Virus genome (UHGV): UHGV-2149192
Source: a virus
DNA length: 22,758 nt
Direction: 5' to 3' (one strand)
Made by a program: the position numbers and the translations under genes. Positions within the stretch are counted from its first letter, which is position 1, and the number at the start of each line of letters is the position of its first letter. This document shows positions 1 to 8,218 of the stretch, piece by piece. The notes under the pieces are model-generated. The model did not search any database, was not told the DNA's origin, and worked only from the letters and a program-made list of their open reading frames with translations.

Positions 1-143
1 GGTGATACGTGAATATACTCTCTTCCAACCATCCAGCATTCTTTCCGGGCCCGAAGAATTGTGCCTGGTTTGAGCCCGGTAATTGCGATAAGAACGCTTT
101 CACAAACCCATTCATTGGGAGCCAGTTGAATCACATTGCCCAT
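1..143 (-). CDS. xis: Excisionase (Xis/AlpA-like), N-terminal part; gene continues past the window start
   Basis: Minus-strand ATG at 141-143 translates to MGNVIQLAPNEWVCESVLIAITGLKPGTILRARKECWMVGREYIHVS..., a small DNA-binding excisionase-type sequence; sits at the distal end of the leftward early operon. No stop codon in window. Not in ORF track because it is partial. Confidence 0.55.
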   Translation of the reverse strand, partial: MGNVIQLAPNEWVCESVLIAITGLKPGTILRARKECWMVGREYIHVS

Positions 144-151
144 GTATTACC

Positions 152-298
152 TCACACAACACTCAGCCCACGGCAGTGGCACCACACTTCAAACATTCGC
201 TTCACAACTTCACGACAGTAGAAGCCGTCAACATCTCGCGTCAGGTCATAGCGATTGCCGTAACGCTGGTGGACCCATCGTTCAAATGCTTTATTCAT
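152..298 (-). CDS. Small hypothetical ORF (48 aa) immediately upstream of xis
   Basis: Minus-strand ATG at 296-298 to TGA at 152-154 (MNKAFERWVHQRYGNRYDL...); below ORF-track length cutoff; no recognisable motif. Confidence 0.2.
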   Translation of the reverse strand: MNKAFERWVHQRYGNRYDLTRDVDGFYCREVVKRMFEVWCHCRGLSVV

Positions 299-301
299 TC
301 T

Positions 302-580
302 TTACTTCCTTTTTATGGCTCGTAATTTTTTCAGGTGCTTTTCCTGCTCAGTGTCCGCGAGAATTTTGCGGTACTCCTGGTGGTCAATATGTTCGAACAG
401 GCAGTTTAACTCACCAATGCGTACCCGCCCGGATCGTCCGTCCATCCGTCGAAAGAACACTGAGTGCTCAGTGATGCGAGTAATCACCACGGGGTATCCG
501 GCTCTGTCCGTGTATATCTGACCGCGTTGAATCAAAGCGAACATGTGGTTATCCCCATCGACAAATCGAGAACACAACAA
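302..580 (-). CDS. Hypothetical phage protein (92 aa)
   Basis: ORF track; same strand and tight packing with neighbouring leftward early genes; no motif recognised. Confidence 0.4.
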   Translation of the reverse strand: MLCSRFVDGDNHMFALIQRGQIYTDRAGYPVVITRITEHSVFFRRMDGRSGRVRIGELNCLFEHIDHQEYRKILADTEQEKHLKKLRAIKRK

Positions 581-628
581 ACGCTGCTGCGAATACCACC
601 CCCAGAGTTACGATTGCATCAGGCCAGC

Positions 629-1141
629 TCATTGATTCACCTCCTGCCTGTCGTCCGGCATTCGCTCACTACAGCTTATCCAACCATCCGGAGTTACCGG
701 AGAGCTGGTTGACGCTTCCGGGATTTTCCGAAAATTATTGGTTGACGAATCTTTATTTTCCCGAAAGTTTCCGGACTGAAGCATGGCTTCGCGGCAATCG
801 TTCCAGCCTGTAGCGTATGCAGCCGCTTTGCTGCTGCCTTCAACTGGCGCATCCTGCCAATACATTTCTTCCGGCACTATCGGCGCTGGAGGGGCGGCAA
901 ATAGATATCCGCCAAAGTCAGGAAGCTCTCTAATGGCCTGTACGAATTTTTGTTTGCCTACGTCAACTCCTAATGGGTAATGAGCTATAATCTTTGCCAC
1001 CGGCTCTGCTGCCAGTGATGCCAGCGCAATCCGTGCCAGCTCTTCCGCTTCTTCTGCTGGAAGCACAACGTTGCTACCCGGTCCGTATGTTTCGCGCCAC
1101 TGCTTGATTGTCAGCAGTCGCTCTTTGGTTATAGTGGTCAT
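629..1141 (-). CDS. Hypothetical phage early protein (170 aa)
   Basis: ORF track; part of the co-directional leftward early gene array; function not recognisable from sequence. Confidence 0.5.
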   Translation of the reverse strand: MTTITKERLLTIKQWRETYGPGSNVVLPAEEAEELARIALASLAAEPVAKIIAHYPLGVDVGKQKFVQAIRELPDFGGYLFAAPPAPIVPEEMYWQDAPVEGSSKAAAYATGWNDCREAMLQSGNFRENKDSSTNNFRKIPEASTSSPVTPDGWISCSERMPDDRQEVNQ

Positions 1142-1151
1142 GTGTTACTCC

Positions 1152-1415
1152 TTAACCCGCAGTGCTTTCAACTGATGAGGGGAACAAAATCTTTTCATCA
1201 AACCCTGCATTCATATCATGAACAGCAACACACCAATCCATCGACGAACGATTATCAAGAGCCTCCATGATTTCATCCATGCGGCGCAGGTCATACAGGT
1301 AAATGCTTTTATCGCCAATGGTGTAAAAACCAATTTTTTTCGGTGATGGACAGCGATCAAGAACGTCCTGTAATTCGCTCAACCATGCTTGTTCTTTTTT
1401 TGTCAAAGTTGCCAT
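1152..1415 (-). CDS. Hypothetical phage protein (about 87 aa)
   Basis: Internal ATG at 1413-1415 is preceded by AAGGAG with 7-nt spacing and abuts the stop of the upstream gene at 1417-1419; the ORF-track start at 1448 would overlap the upstream gene. Confidence 0.5.
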   Translation of the reverse strand: MATLTKKEQAWLSELQDVLDRCPSPKKIGFYTIGDKSIYLYDLRRMDEIMEALDNRSSMDWCVAVHDMNAGFDEKILFPSSVESTAG

Positions 1416-1416
1416 A

Positions 1417-1902
1417 TCACTCTCCTTTGATGCGAATGCCTGTTGCAATGCTGTTTATGATGCTGTCAGTGCATGGGGTAGAAAGCTGGGCATCTCCAGC
1501 AATTTTCATGACCTCAACATCTGCATATCGAATACCGAGGTGTATCAGACCGGCTATGCCTGACTTAAGCCGAGCATTTTCCATAAATAGAACTTTTGCC
1601 CGCTGTTTTTCTGCTTCAAGCTCAACGCGCAGCTTCCCTACCGTTAGCGCAATATCCTCGTTCTCCTGATCGCGGCTTTTGATGTATTGCAGGTTTCTTT
1701 CCCGTTCATCCAGCAGTGCCAGCACGGTTTCTGGTCCGGTCAGAAATTTGAAGGCGTTGAGCGCATCAATATCCACACCGTAATCTTTAAGTTCCTGTTC
1801 ACTTAACAAGTCATCATCAGCTGGCAACATTAACAGGCGTTCCATTGCTGGAATTGCACGTTCCGCCACCTCACGCAGTGCCTGGTAATTAATTTCGCTC
1901 AC
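1417..1902 (-). CDS. Ead/Ea22-like coiled-coil protein (161 aa)
   Basis: GTG start at 1900-1902 preceded by AAGGAGG (7-nt spacing) and overlapping the upstream TGA; coiled-coil-rich sequence typical of Ea22-like early-left proteins (family assignment from memory). Confidence 0.5.
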   Translation of the reverse strand: MSEINYQALREVAERAIPAMERLLMLPADDDLLSEQELKDYGVDIDALNAFKFLTGPETVLALLDERERNLQYIKSRDQENEDIALTVGKLRVELEAEKQRAKVLFMENARLKSGIAGLIHLGIRYADVEVMKIAGDAQLSTPCTDSIINSIATGIRIKGE

Positions 1903-2639
1903 TGGTTGCCTCCTTTGCGAAGCTGGGCAGCAAAGTCAACTAACCACTCAGTCATTTCAACCTTCCCTACCAGGTCTGAACCAGGGTACATACAGCAATC
2001 ACTCTGCGCCGCTTTGAAATCCTTATACTCATATTCTTGGGCCACCAGATTTTTTGCAGCTTCTATAGCAGCATCCACCCCCTGCGCCAGGACTTCAGCC
2101 AGGAAAGCATCAGTGGTTGGCGTTTCAGGTATCTGTCTCCTCATCCGTTCTATTGCATGATTGAACCCGAAGTCTTCCGCGAGAGATACGTCATCCATAT
2201 TGTCATTGTCATCTTCAATATCCCGTGATTCTGGAATTGCAGACTTTATTCCCGCATTCTCCGCTGCCAGCGCCGTGAAATTACCCTCCAGCTCTGCAAT
2301 GCGCTGTTTTGCGGCATCAAGTTCAATCGATAATTTTTCCAACTGCTCTTTATGCTTCTTGTATTCCTGATATGCGTGCCAGGACTGACCTTTGCGCACA
2401 CTATCAGTAATATCAGTAATCTGTTCTGGTGTTAGAGTGGTCAGTGGCTGTGCTGGGAAAATCAGCACTTTCCCGGAATCCCAATCAAAACCAGCGTGAA
2501 TTGACTGAACTTCAACTGAGGGTGTTGAACCAATGCTGCCAGGCGAATGAACAACGATCGTTACATCCATATCGCGACGATGGCTGTGGTTGTTGGACAA
2601 AATACGATTCACCAACTCAGAAAATTTGGAAAATTTCAT
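1899..2639 (-). CDS. Hypothetical phage protein with coiled-coil segment (246 aa), possibly Ea22-like
   Basis: ATG at 2637-2639 with AAAGGGGAA upstream; acidic stretch (DIEDDNDNMDD) and coiled-coil region; operon-coupled to the downstream gene. Confidence 0.5.
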   Translation of the reverse strand: MKFSKFSELVNRILSNNHSHRRDMDVTIVVHSPGSIGSTPSVEVQSIHAGFDWDSGKVLIFPAQPLTTLTPEQITDITDSVRKGQSWHAYQEYKKHKEQLEKLSIELDAAKQRIAELEGNFTALAAENAGIKSAIPESRDIEDDNDNMDDVSLAEDFGFNHAIERMRRQIPETPTTDAFLAEVLAQGVDAAIEAAKNLVAQEYEYKDFKAAQSDCCMYPGSDLVGKVEMTEWLVDFAAQLRKGGNQ

Positions 2640-2926
2640 GCTGATTCCCCTTTCTCTGCTCTCTCCTGTCGGAACATCACTATCATCAGGTCGCCTTTTG
2701 TCGCTATCCTGGCTGTTGTACCTGGTTCAATGCGGCTAAGCTCAAATGCGTCATAGAACGCTTCTAATGCCTTCTGGCGTAGTTCCTGTTTGCGCCGTTT
2801 TTTCCACTGTTTTAGGAAAATGGAACCCAGCCATCGCCATGTACGGGACATGATGTAAAGCCAACCGAGAAGTGCCAGGCCGACATTCAGGGCCGTTTCT
2901 ATGGTTAGTTGTGAGTCAGTTGCCAT
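2636..2926 (-). CDS. Small predicted membrane protein (96 aa)
   Basis: ATG at 2924-2926; hydrophobic segment ALNVGLALLGWLYIMS followed by a basic stretch (KQWKKRRKQELRQK). Confidence 0.4.
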   Translation of the reverse strand: MATDSQLTIETALNVGLALLGWLYIMSRTWRWLGSIFLKQWKKRRKQELRQKALEAFYDAFELSRIEPGTTARIATKGDLMIVMFRQERAEKGESA

Positions 2927-3206
2927 TTCTTACCTGTTTAAGTAACTGGTTGAACATAACACTTAGGGGATTGCTGTATCCAAACGGCAGATTGTTTACG
3001 CAGTACAGAATCATTTTGTTTTTTTCTCCAGTTCGTACTATTAACCCATTCCACAATAACCGTGATAATTCATTACTGATAGAAGTTGCGCTTCTTCCAA
3101 GTGCGAGGGATATATCTTCTCTACTGCAATCTGGATTTTCCTGGATATACTCGATAACGGTCATGTGGTCCCTTTTACTTAATATCTGTTTCGGATTGCA
3201 TGCCAT
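2916..3206 (-). CDS. Small winged-helix-like DNA-binding protein (start uncertain: 3206 or internal ATG at 3162-3164)
   Basis: Segment EDISLALGRSATSISNELSRLLWNGLIVRTGEK resembles a winged-helix/HTH; an alternative start at 3164 has an AAGGGA Shine-Dalgarno and avoids overlap with the upstream gene. Confidence 0.4.
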   Translation of the reverse strand: MACNPKQILSKRDHMTVIEYIQENPDCSREDISLALGRSATSISNELSRLLWNGLIVRTGEKNKMILYCVNNLPFGYSNPLSVMFNQLLKQVRNGN

Positions 3207-3756
3207 GAGTATTCATTTCGTTAATAATTTCATCCAGAAGAATTTCAAGCCCTTCTCGACCCATATCTGAAAGAATGAAACCTTTATCAGGGGAAGTAGT
3301 GAGCATTTTCTGATAAAGAAACAGCGCTCTTCCCATTCCTTCAGCTTCGCCGTATTTTTGAATTAAATTCCATTCAATATACTGTTGTAAGGCAAATCGA
3401 ATGGGGCCGGGATATATCGTCATAAACCCATACATCCCGTTATATACCACGGCGTGTTCAGTTGTTCCGTGTTCATTCAGGATATCAATTGTGCCGTTCT
3501 TGTCTTCTTCTTCGTTGATGAATGTCGTCACATACAACCATCGCCACTGAGCAACCTTCATCTCAACCGGAAGTTTACCCAGTAATCCTGCTTCGTCGGC
3601 TTGCGCCAGACACTGAAGGATACGTAAACCTCGCACATTAGGAGTATCGAATTCTCCGGCATCCAGACGACGTATGGCGTCGTGATAATCAATCGTCATA
3701 CTGCCAGTTCGTATACCATTGGCTGTTGCTTCAGCCTGGAATTCATCGTATTGCAT
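3175..3756 (-). CDS. Hypothetical phage protein (193 aa)
   Basis: ATG at 3754-3756 with GAGGAA upstream; no recognisable motif. Confidence 0.5.
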   Translation of the reverse strand: MQYDEFQAEATANGIRTGSMTIDYHDAIRRLDAGEFDTPNVRGLRILQCLAQADEAGLLGKLPVEMKVAQWRWLYVTTFINEEEDKNGTIDILNEHGTTEHAVVYNGMYGFMTIYPGPIRFALQQYIEWNLIQKYGEAEGMGRALFLYQKMLTTSPDKGFILSDMGREGLEILLDEIINEMNTHGMQSETDIK

Positions 3757-3761
3757 GATAT

Positions 3762-3968
3762 TTATTCCTCATCTTCATCTTCATCTTCATCTTCATCTTC
3801 ATCTGCTGGTGCAATAACGTCATATCCTGCCTTTTCTGCAATAAACAGGAATGTTGAAAGAGTTCCTACAAGTTCATCGTCATGAACATGGCGAATGAAT
3901 ATTACTTTCCCGTTTTTGATGGTCAGCAATACTCTGGTTTGTTCGTGTTCTGCTGTTTTCTGATGCAT
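3762..3968 (-). CDS. Small acidic protein with C-terminal (ED)n tail (68 aa)
   Basis: Translation ends ...APADEDEDEDEDEDEE; the tail is encoded by a perfect hexanucleotide tandem repeat. Confidence 0.45.
   Translation of the reverse strand: MHQKTAEHEQTRVLLTIKNGKVIFIRHVHDDELVGTLSTFLFIAEKAGYDVIAPADEDEDEDEDEDEE
3768..3804. repeat. Hexanucleotide tandem repeat (TCATCT)x6 on plus strand, encoding the acidic tail
   Basis: Directly visible: tcatcttcatcttcatcttcatcttcatcttcatct. Unit length is a multiple of 3, so slippage would change tail length without frameshift. Confidence 0.9.
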
Positions 3969-4162
3969 TATTATCTCCCGTATGCTTTACGCAGAAATAA
4001 GCAGGCAATATGCATGTAATTTTCACCGTATTGTGCAATAAGGCAGGCGGTCTTGTGTGATGCCATATTCTTTATAAAAGTCACAATAAAGCCTCCTGTG
4101 GATTAAGGTTGTAATAATCCCCGGCGATAAAACCGCAATAAACGTTCAGGGCATATTTGTTG

Positions 4163-4528
4163 TTATTGCGCTAATTCTTTTTCGGCAGCAGCTTTTGTAT
4201 ACTCACATGCAAAACTCAGAATTTCGCTGCCGAGTGTTTTCGTTTCGTGATTACTGGACATATGTAATACCTGTGTTGCATGCAATAAATGATAAACATT
4301 TACCGCAAATGAATCAGGCTCCAGACAAATGCCTTCGTAATTATCTTGCTGTGAGGTTGTTTCTGTCATTGCTCCTGAAGTGCATGCGAGCCTGTTTTTG
4401 ACAATTCTCTTTTCTCTAATCACTATATCGGCAACATCTATTGCCTTTACAACCTCCGGGAGAAGTTCCGGGTTTGTATAATCAAAGTCATCAACATGGA
4501 GAACAGTTATGTTTTCGAACTTTTTCAT
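4163..4528 (-). CDS. Hypothetical phage protein (121 aa)
   Basis: ORF track; second gene downstream of the left operator cluster; no motif recognised. Confidence 0.45.
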   Translation of the reverse strand: MKKFENITVLHVDDFDYTNPELLPEVVKAIDVADIVIREKRIVKNRLACTSGAMTETTSQQDNYEGICLEPDSFAVNVYHLLHATQVLHMSSNHETKTLGSEILSFACEYTKAAAEKELAQ

Positions 4529-4656
4529 GGCTTCCTCAGCTGACTTATATGTTCTGCTATATAGCGAGTCTCAGAAGTGTTTTCATATTGAGACTGTTTC
4601 CGCAATGATTGATAAAAATGTTCGCATGTACCTTGAAGGGCGAAGCGGCGATTATG

Positions 4657-5160
4657 TCACCATTGGTATTGGTTCTTCCGCAGAAGAGCTTCGCGAGATA
4701 AGGGGCAAACTTGTTGAGATGCGTCATGGTGTTGCTGCTCCTCACTTTTTGGTTGCTCCGGAGGAGTAACCTCACCAGTTAACAGCCACATCGGATCGCA
4801 GCCAAGAATATTTGCCAGTGGGATAAGCATACTGATAGTTGGTTCATACTCTCCGCTCTCCCACTGGATGATAATTTCTTCATCGAGATCGAGCAGCCTG
4901 GCGAGTTCGGCGGTTGTTAAGCCGCAGGCTTCGCGTTGGGTGCGAAGACGGTTGTTGATTGCAGAATTTTTGTTCTGTAAAAGCATTGCTGACGATAGCT
5001 TTCTGGATATGCTATTTGTCATATCCCATGCCAGTCCTGCGCATGACTCTATATCGCTAGAGAGCGTAGCATCAGGTGTTGCTTTTGCTATTAGTGTAAT
5101 GAGGCTGCCGAGGTTTTTCAGTTCTTCGAGACAGTCAAGAGTTGTAGCTTTATTGATCAT
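4657..5160 (-). CDS. HTH (XRE-family) domain protein, first gene of the leftward early operon (167 aa)
   Basis: ATG at 5158-5160; segment GLTTAELARLLDLDEEIIIQWESGEYEPTISMLIPLANILGCDPMWLL is a classic XRE/Cro-C1-type helix-turn-helix; start lies directly next to the left operator cluster. Confidence 0.55.
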   Translation of the reverse strand: MINKATTLDCLEELKNLGSLITLIAKATPDATLSSDIESCAGLAWDMTNSISRKLSSAMLLQNKNSAINNRLRTQREACGLTTAELARLLDLDEEIIIQWESGEYEPTISMLIPLANILGCDPMWLLTGEVTPPEQPKSEEQQHHDASQQVCPLSREALLRKNQYQW

Positions 5161-5164
5161 GAGA

Positions 5165-5243
5165 TGATACCTCAGTTACGAACTTTGTTTTATGGTAACT
5201 AAGGTATCAAGGTGTGGCAAGTGATTTTTGATACTTTGGTTTC
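5165..5243. promoter_or_regulatory. Left operator cluster (OL-like): three GATAC-containing operator-like repeats
   Basis: Sites near 5165-5181 (gatacctcagttac), 5194-5212 (ggtaactaaggtatcaagg) and 5228-5243 (ttgatactttgg) share the core with the sites on the other side of cI. Confidence 0.5.
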
Positions 5244-5263
5244 TTTTTGTGTTTTGTGTCTGG

Positions 5264-5920
5264 TCAGAAAATATCCCACCTGGCATCAACCACAACACCT
5301 ACTATTTCGCAATCATTGTCCATTTCTATGATTGGATATTGTGGATTAAGGGGCTTTAGAAACGCCTTTCCCATGTCAGAAATATATTTTTTGAATGTTG
5401 CTTCATTGGTAGATTTTTTTCTGGCGATGACGTAACACCCTGAAAAAACTTCTTTATCTGGGTTGACAAGGATCGACATTCCTTCAGGAAATGTTATTCC
5501 TACGGGCGAAGTCATTGAGTCTCCGTGCACTTCCAGCCAGAACCCCCTCTCACCAGCGTATTTTACAGAATGCCTCCAATTATCCTGATCATACATGTTG
5601 TAGTCATCACCAGAAGTTGCGAATAATCCTGCCTGAACCCAGTTAATTACAGGGTAAGAGTGTGCTGTGTCTCTCTGTGGGCAGCTCTTAACATTATTTT
5701 CCCAATGCTTATCTTTTTCATCTCCGTTCTGAAGCCACTGCGGTGAACACCGCAGTGCAGCTGCAACTTTAAAAAGGGTGTCACCGTTGAAACTTTTTGT
5801 AAGGCCTTGCTCGGCTTTACTGATTGCAACTCTGGTGATCCCAGCTTTTTTAGCCAACGCATCTTGTGTTAACCCAGCTTTTTGCCGTGCGTTGATGAGA
5901 CGTTCACCTAAAGACTTCAT
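5264..5920 (-). CDS. cI: CI-type prophage repressor (N-terminal HTH plus C-terminal S24 LexA-like autopeptidase)
   Basis: Start verified at ATG 5918-5920 with GGAG upstream (ORF-track start at 5995 is an upstream in-frame Met). N-terminus KSLGERLINARQKAGLTQDALAKKAGITRVAISKAEQG is an HTH; C-terminal domain has the GDSM serine motif and a downstream lysine (ARKK), typical of LexA/CI self-cleaving repressors. Confidence 0.85.
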   Translation of the reverse strand: MKSLGERLINARQKAGLTQDALAKKAGITRVAISKAEQGLTKSFNGDTLFKVAAALRCSPQWLQNGDEKDKHWENNVKSCPQRDTAHSYPVINWVQAGLFATSGDDYNMYDQDNWRHSVKYAGERGFWLEVHGDSMTSPVGITFPEGMSILVNPDKEVFSGCYVIARKKSTNEATFKKYISDMGKAFLKPLNPQYPIIEMDNDCEIVGVVVDARWDIF

Positions 5921-5942
5921 TTTTCTTCTCCTCTCATGGCTG

Positions 5943-6014
5943 TTGATACTAAAGTAACAGAATTTCTTGATACTTTGGATTCCTGTGGTTAACATCGTTG
6001 GATAACAAAGTATC
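5943..6014. promoter_or_regulatory. Right operator cluster (OR-like): three operator-like repeats between cI and the rightward genes
   Basis: Sites at 5943-5958 (ttgatactaaagtaac), 5967-5978 (ttgatactttgg, identical to the 5229-5240 site) and 6001-6014 (gataacaaagtatc, near-palindrome). Confidence 0.5.
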
Positions 6015-6031
6015 TGGTGTGAGACTAAAGA

Positions 6032-6241
6032 ATGACCCTTTATGAAATATTAAAAATTCAATTTAAAACCAATGCCGCTATTGGTCGCAGGTTCCCAAAG
6101 AAAGGAAGGCCTCGTGGCAGTCAAGGTGTTGGAAAGTGGAAAACGCGAGGTGTTCCGGAGGATGTTGCCATTCTTTGTCATTTGGATCCGAGCATTCCAT
6201 ATACACACCCAAGCCTAGCGCACACGGAAGATGGGAAGTGA
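6032..6241 (+). CDS. Small basic protein in the cro position (69 aa); function unclear
   Basis: First rightward ORF after the OR-like cluster; Arg/Lys-rich (GRRFPKKGRPRGSQGVGKWKTRG) but no clear HTH and only a weak Shine-Dalgarno. Confidence 0.25.
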   Translation: MTLYEILKIQFKTNAAIGRRFPKKGRPRGSQGVGKWKTRGVPEDVAILCHLDPSIPYTHPSLAHTEDGK

Positions 6242-6311
6242 TGGTGGTGATATGAGCGAAAAAATAACTATTAAATACGATGGGACAACCATTTCGATTG
6301 CCCCGATCACA

Positions 6312-6605
6312 TTAGCGTTCGCTGAGAAGTTGTTGGTAAGCCTTAAAGGATGCGAACTGCATTCTACCTTCGGCATTGATTCCAATGCCTTCGCTTGTAC
6401 ACCAAGCGATGAACTCGGCTGTATCCGCTTCAACTTTAATAACTCGTTGCCCGCCTCTTTCGACACGCTTAATCAATTTTTCAGCGTCGTGTTTCCACTC
6501 GGTGTAACTGTCGGAGAGCACATCAGCATCAGTAAAAATATTTTTGAGCTCATGATACTGAATCGCATCGCGAAACCAGAATAAACCAACGGCCTGAACT
6601 TTCAT
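6312..6605 (-). CDS. Hypothetical protein (97 aa) encoded opposite to the rightward early genes
   Basis: ATG at 6603-6605 preceded by AAGGAGG with 7-nt spacing (strong RBS); no motif recognised. Confidence 0.5.
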   Translation of the reverse strand: MKVQAVGLFWFRDAIQYHELKNIFTDADVLSDSYTEWKHDAEKLIKRVERGGQRVIKVEADTAEFIAWCTSEGIGINAEGRMQFASFKAYQQLLSER

Positions 6606-6718
6606 GTCGAACCTCCTTTGGTTCTTTTGTTTATAGGGATCAAAAGGATAACTGAAGGAAGGTTCGGCACCAATAAGTACGAATGTGCGGAATCTTAAAA
6701 GAATTTATCCGTAAGGAG

Positions 6719-7432
6719 ATGGCAGTGAACACCGTAATTTTTAACGGCAAAGCATCCATGACCAGCCTTGAAATCGCAGAGTTGGTGGGCAGCCAACACA
6801 AAGATGTTAAGCGCAGCATTGAAAGGCTCATGGATAAGGGGATTATTCGAAGTGCGCCAATGGCGAATTTCGAAATAATCAACAACTTAGGATTAAAACG
6901 AAATGTAGGTGCTTACATCTTCGAAGGCGAACAAGGTAAGCGCGACAGCATCATTGTCGTCGCACAGCTCTGTCCTGAATTCACAGCTCGCCTGGTAGAT
7001 CGCTGGCGCGAACTGGAAGAACAGATCCGTAAGCCAATGAGCGAAATCGAAATGGTTGCCGCGATGGCTCTTGAAGCCGTTCGCCAACAGAAACGGATCA
7101 CTCAGGTGGAAGAAAAAGTCAGCCACGTTGCTGAAACAGTCGAGCAAATTAAAAAGGGCACTATTCGTGAGGGCTATGCCGGATATCGCCAACTGAAAGC
7201 AAAAACCGGTTTGTCAGATGATAAATGCCGCAATCTGGTGAACGCCTATCAAATTCCTACAGACACACATGAGTTCATGACGCCGGACGGATTGTTGTCA
7301 CGTCGCGCAATTGTTGCTGTGGAACCGTTTATGGCTGCTTTTTATCGGGTTATGGAGGAAGCAGAACCGCGAGGGACTCGCTGGTATCACCCGAAAATGG
7401 GGTTATTTCAGGTTATTGGTTGGCAGCGATGA
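6719..7432 (+). CDS. Rha-family phage regulatory protein (antirepressor-like), paralog 1
   Basis: N-terminal region TVIFNGKASMTSLEIAELVGSQHKDVKRSIERLMDKGII matches the Rha (Phage_pRha) N-terminal pattern. Start is ATG 6719 or GTG 6725; TAAGGAG at 6712-6718 is better spaced for 6725. Confidence 0.55.
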   Translation: MAVNTVIFNGKASMTSLEIAELVGSQHKDVKRSIERLMDKGIIRSAPMANFEIINNLGLKRNVGAYIFEGEQGKRDSIIVVAQLCPEFTARLVDRWRELEEQIRKPMSEIEMVAAMALEAVRQQKRITQVEEKVSHVAETVEQIKKGTIREGYAGYRQLKAKTGLSDDKCRNLVNAYQIPTDTHEFMTPDGLLSRRAIVAVEPFMAAFYRVMEEAEPRGTRWYHPKMGLFQVIGWQR

Positions 7433-7562
7433 AAAAAAGCCGGGAGTAACCCGGCTCACTCAACATCAATAACGGGGAGCTGTTTCGCATAAAACGGCTC
7501 CGAAACATCCAAGAACAGTTCTAAAGATATCAGCAGCTATATGATCATTTCAAGACCAAATA

Positions 7563-7591
7563 TTGATTCTGCAATTTCGGGACGTTACACT
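7563..7591 (+). promoter_or_regulatory. Sigma70-like promoter (TTGATT-17 nt-TACACT) inside a 60-bp block repeated at 8219-8247
   Basis: Hexamers at 7563-7568 and 7586-7591 with a 17-nt spacer; the surrounding 60 bp differ from the second copy by one mismatch. Confidence 0.45.
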
Positions 7592-7654
7592 GTCTCCGCA
7601 CCTTATAAAGCGGGTGCCGGGGGTCGCAGCCCGGAATTGCATACGGCGATATAC

Positions 7655-7674
7655 GACGCGCCAGCGTCTTTTTT
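7655..7674 (+). terminator. Intrinsic terminator-like hairpin plus T-tract in the leader of Rha paralog 2
   Basis: GACGC-gcca-GCGTC stem-loop followed by TTTTTT, about 65 nt downstream of the promoter-like element. Confidence 0.45.
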
Positions 7675-7840
7675 ATCGTCCGCGCTCACGCACGCCAGAA
7701 TTATGGTGGGCTGGGCAGGGGAGCCGAAAGGCTCGCCGGTTTCCGTATGCGCCGGTACTGCGAACCCTGTTCAGTCTGCCACCAGTGAGTTTCGCAGCTC
7801 CGGTGGTGGAAGTTATCCATTGCATACGGAGGCTGCCATC

Positions 7841-8203
7841 ATGGCTACAGTCCCAACTTCCCCATTCCTCAAAATTGAAGTTGTCAACGGCAAGGCCGTT
7901 ATTTTCTCCCTGCATGTTGCCTGCCACTTTAAGCGCATGCACCAGAACATCGTCGACAAAATCGAGTATCTGAACTGCTCACGCGAGTTTTTTACCCGCA
8001 ATTTCATACCGGGTACTTATCACATCTACGGTGACTCCCTGCGTGGTTATTACATCACCCTTGATGGTCTGATGATGCTTCAGCTTGGGTTAAGTCTGCG
8101 CACAATGCGGTACTACGAGAGCTGTATTGAAGCATTCCATGAGGCTGAAACCGTCCAGGGTCACTCCGCGTTCCGTCGTAATCAACGGGAGGTGCACCTA
8201 TGA
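7841..8203 (+). CDS. Rha-family phage regulatory protein, paralog 2 (short form; possible N-terminal extension from ATG 7541)
   Basis: ATG 7841 preceded by GGAGG (7827-7831); translation from here begins MATVPTSPFLKIEVVNGKAVIFSLHVACHFKRMHQNIVDKI, the Rha N-terminal pattern. The upstream 300 nt is open in frame but also open in other frames and contains a promoter and terminator. Confidence 0.5.
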   Translation: MATVPTSPFLKIEVVNGKAVIFSLHVACHFKRMHQNIVDKIEYLNCSREFFTRNFIPGTYHIYGDSLRGYYITLDGLMMLQLGLSLRTMRYYESCIEAFHEAETVQGHSAFRRNQREVHL

Positions 8204-8218
8204 TCCGCCACCAGCATA

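Noticed and set aside
9-474. Plus-strand ORFs 9..221 and 136..474
   Set aside because: They overlap the minus-strand xis and neighbouring early genes in antisense, have no RBS and low-complexity composition; likely spurious.
3682-3885. Plus-strand ORF with a poly-serine run
   Set aside because: Antisense reading of the (TCATCT)n microsatellite that encodes the acidic tail of the minus-strand gene; repeat artefact.
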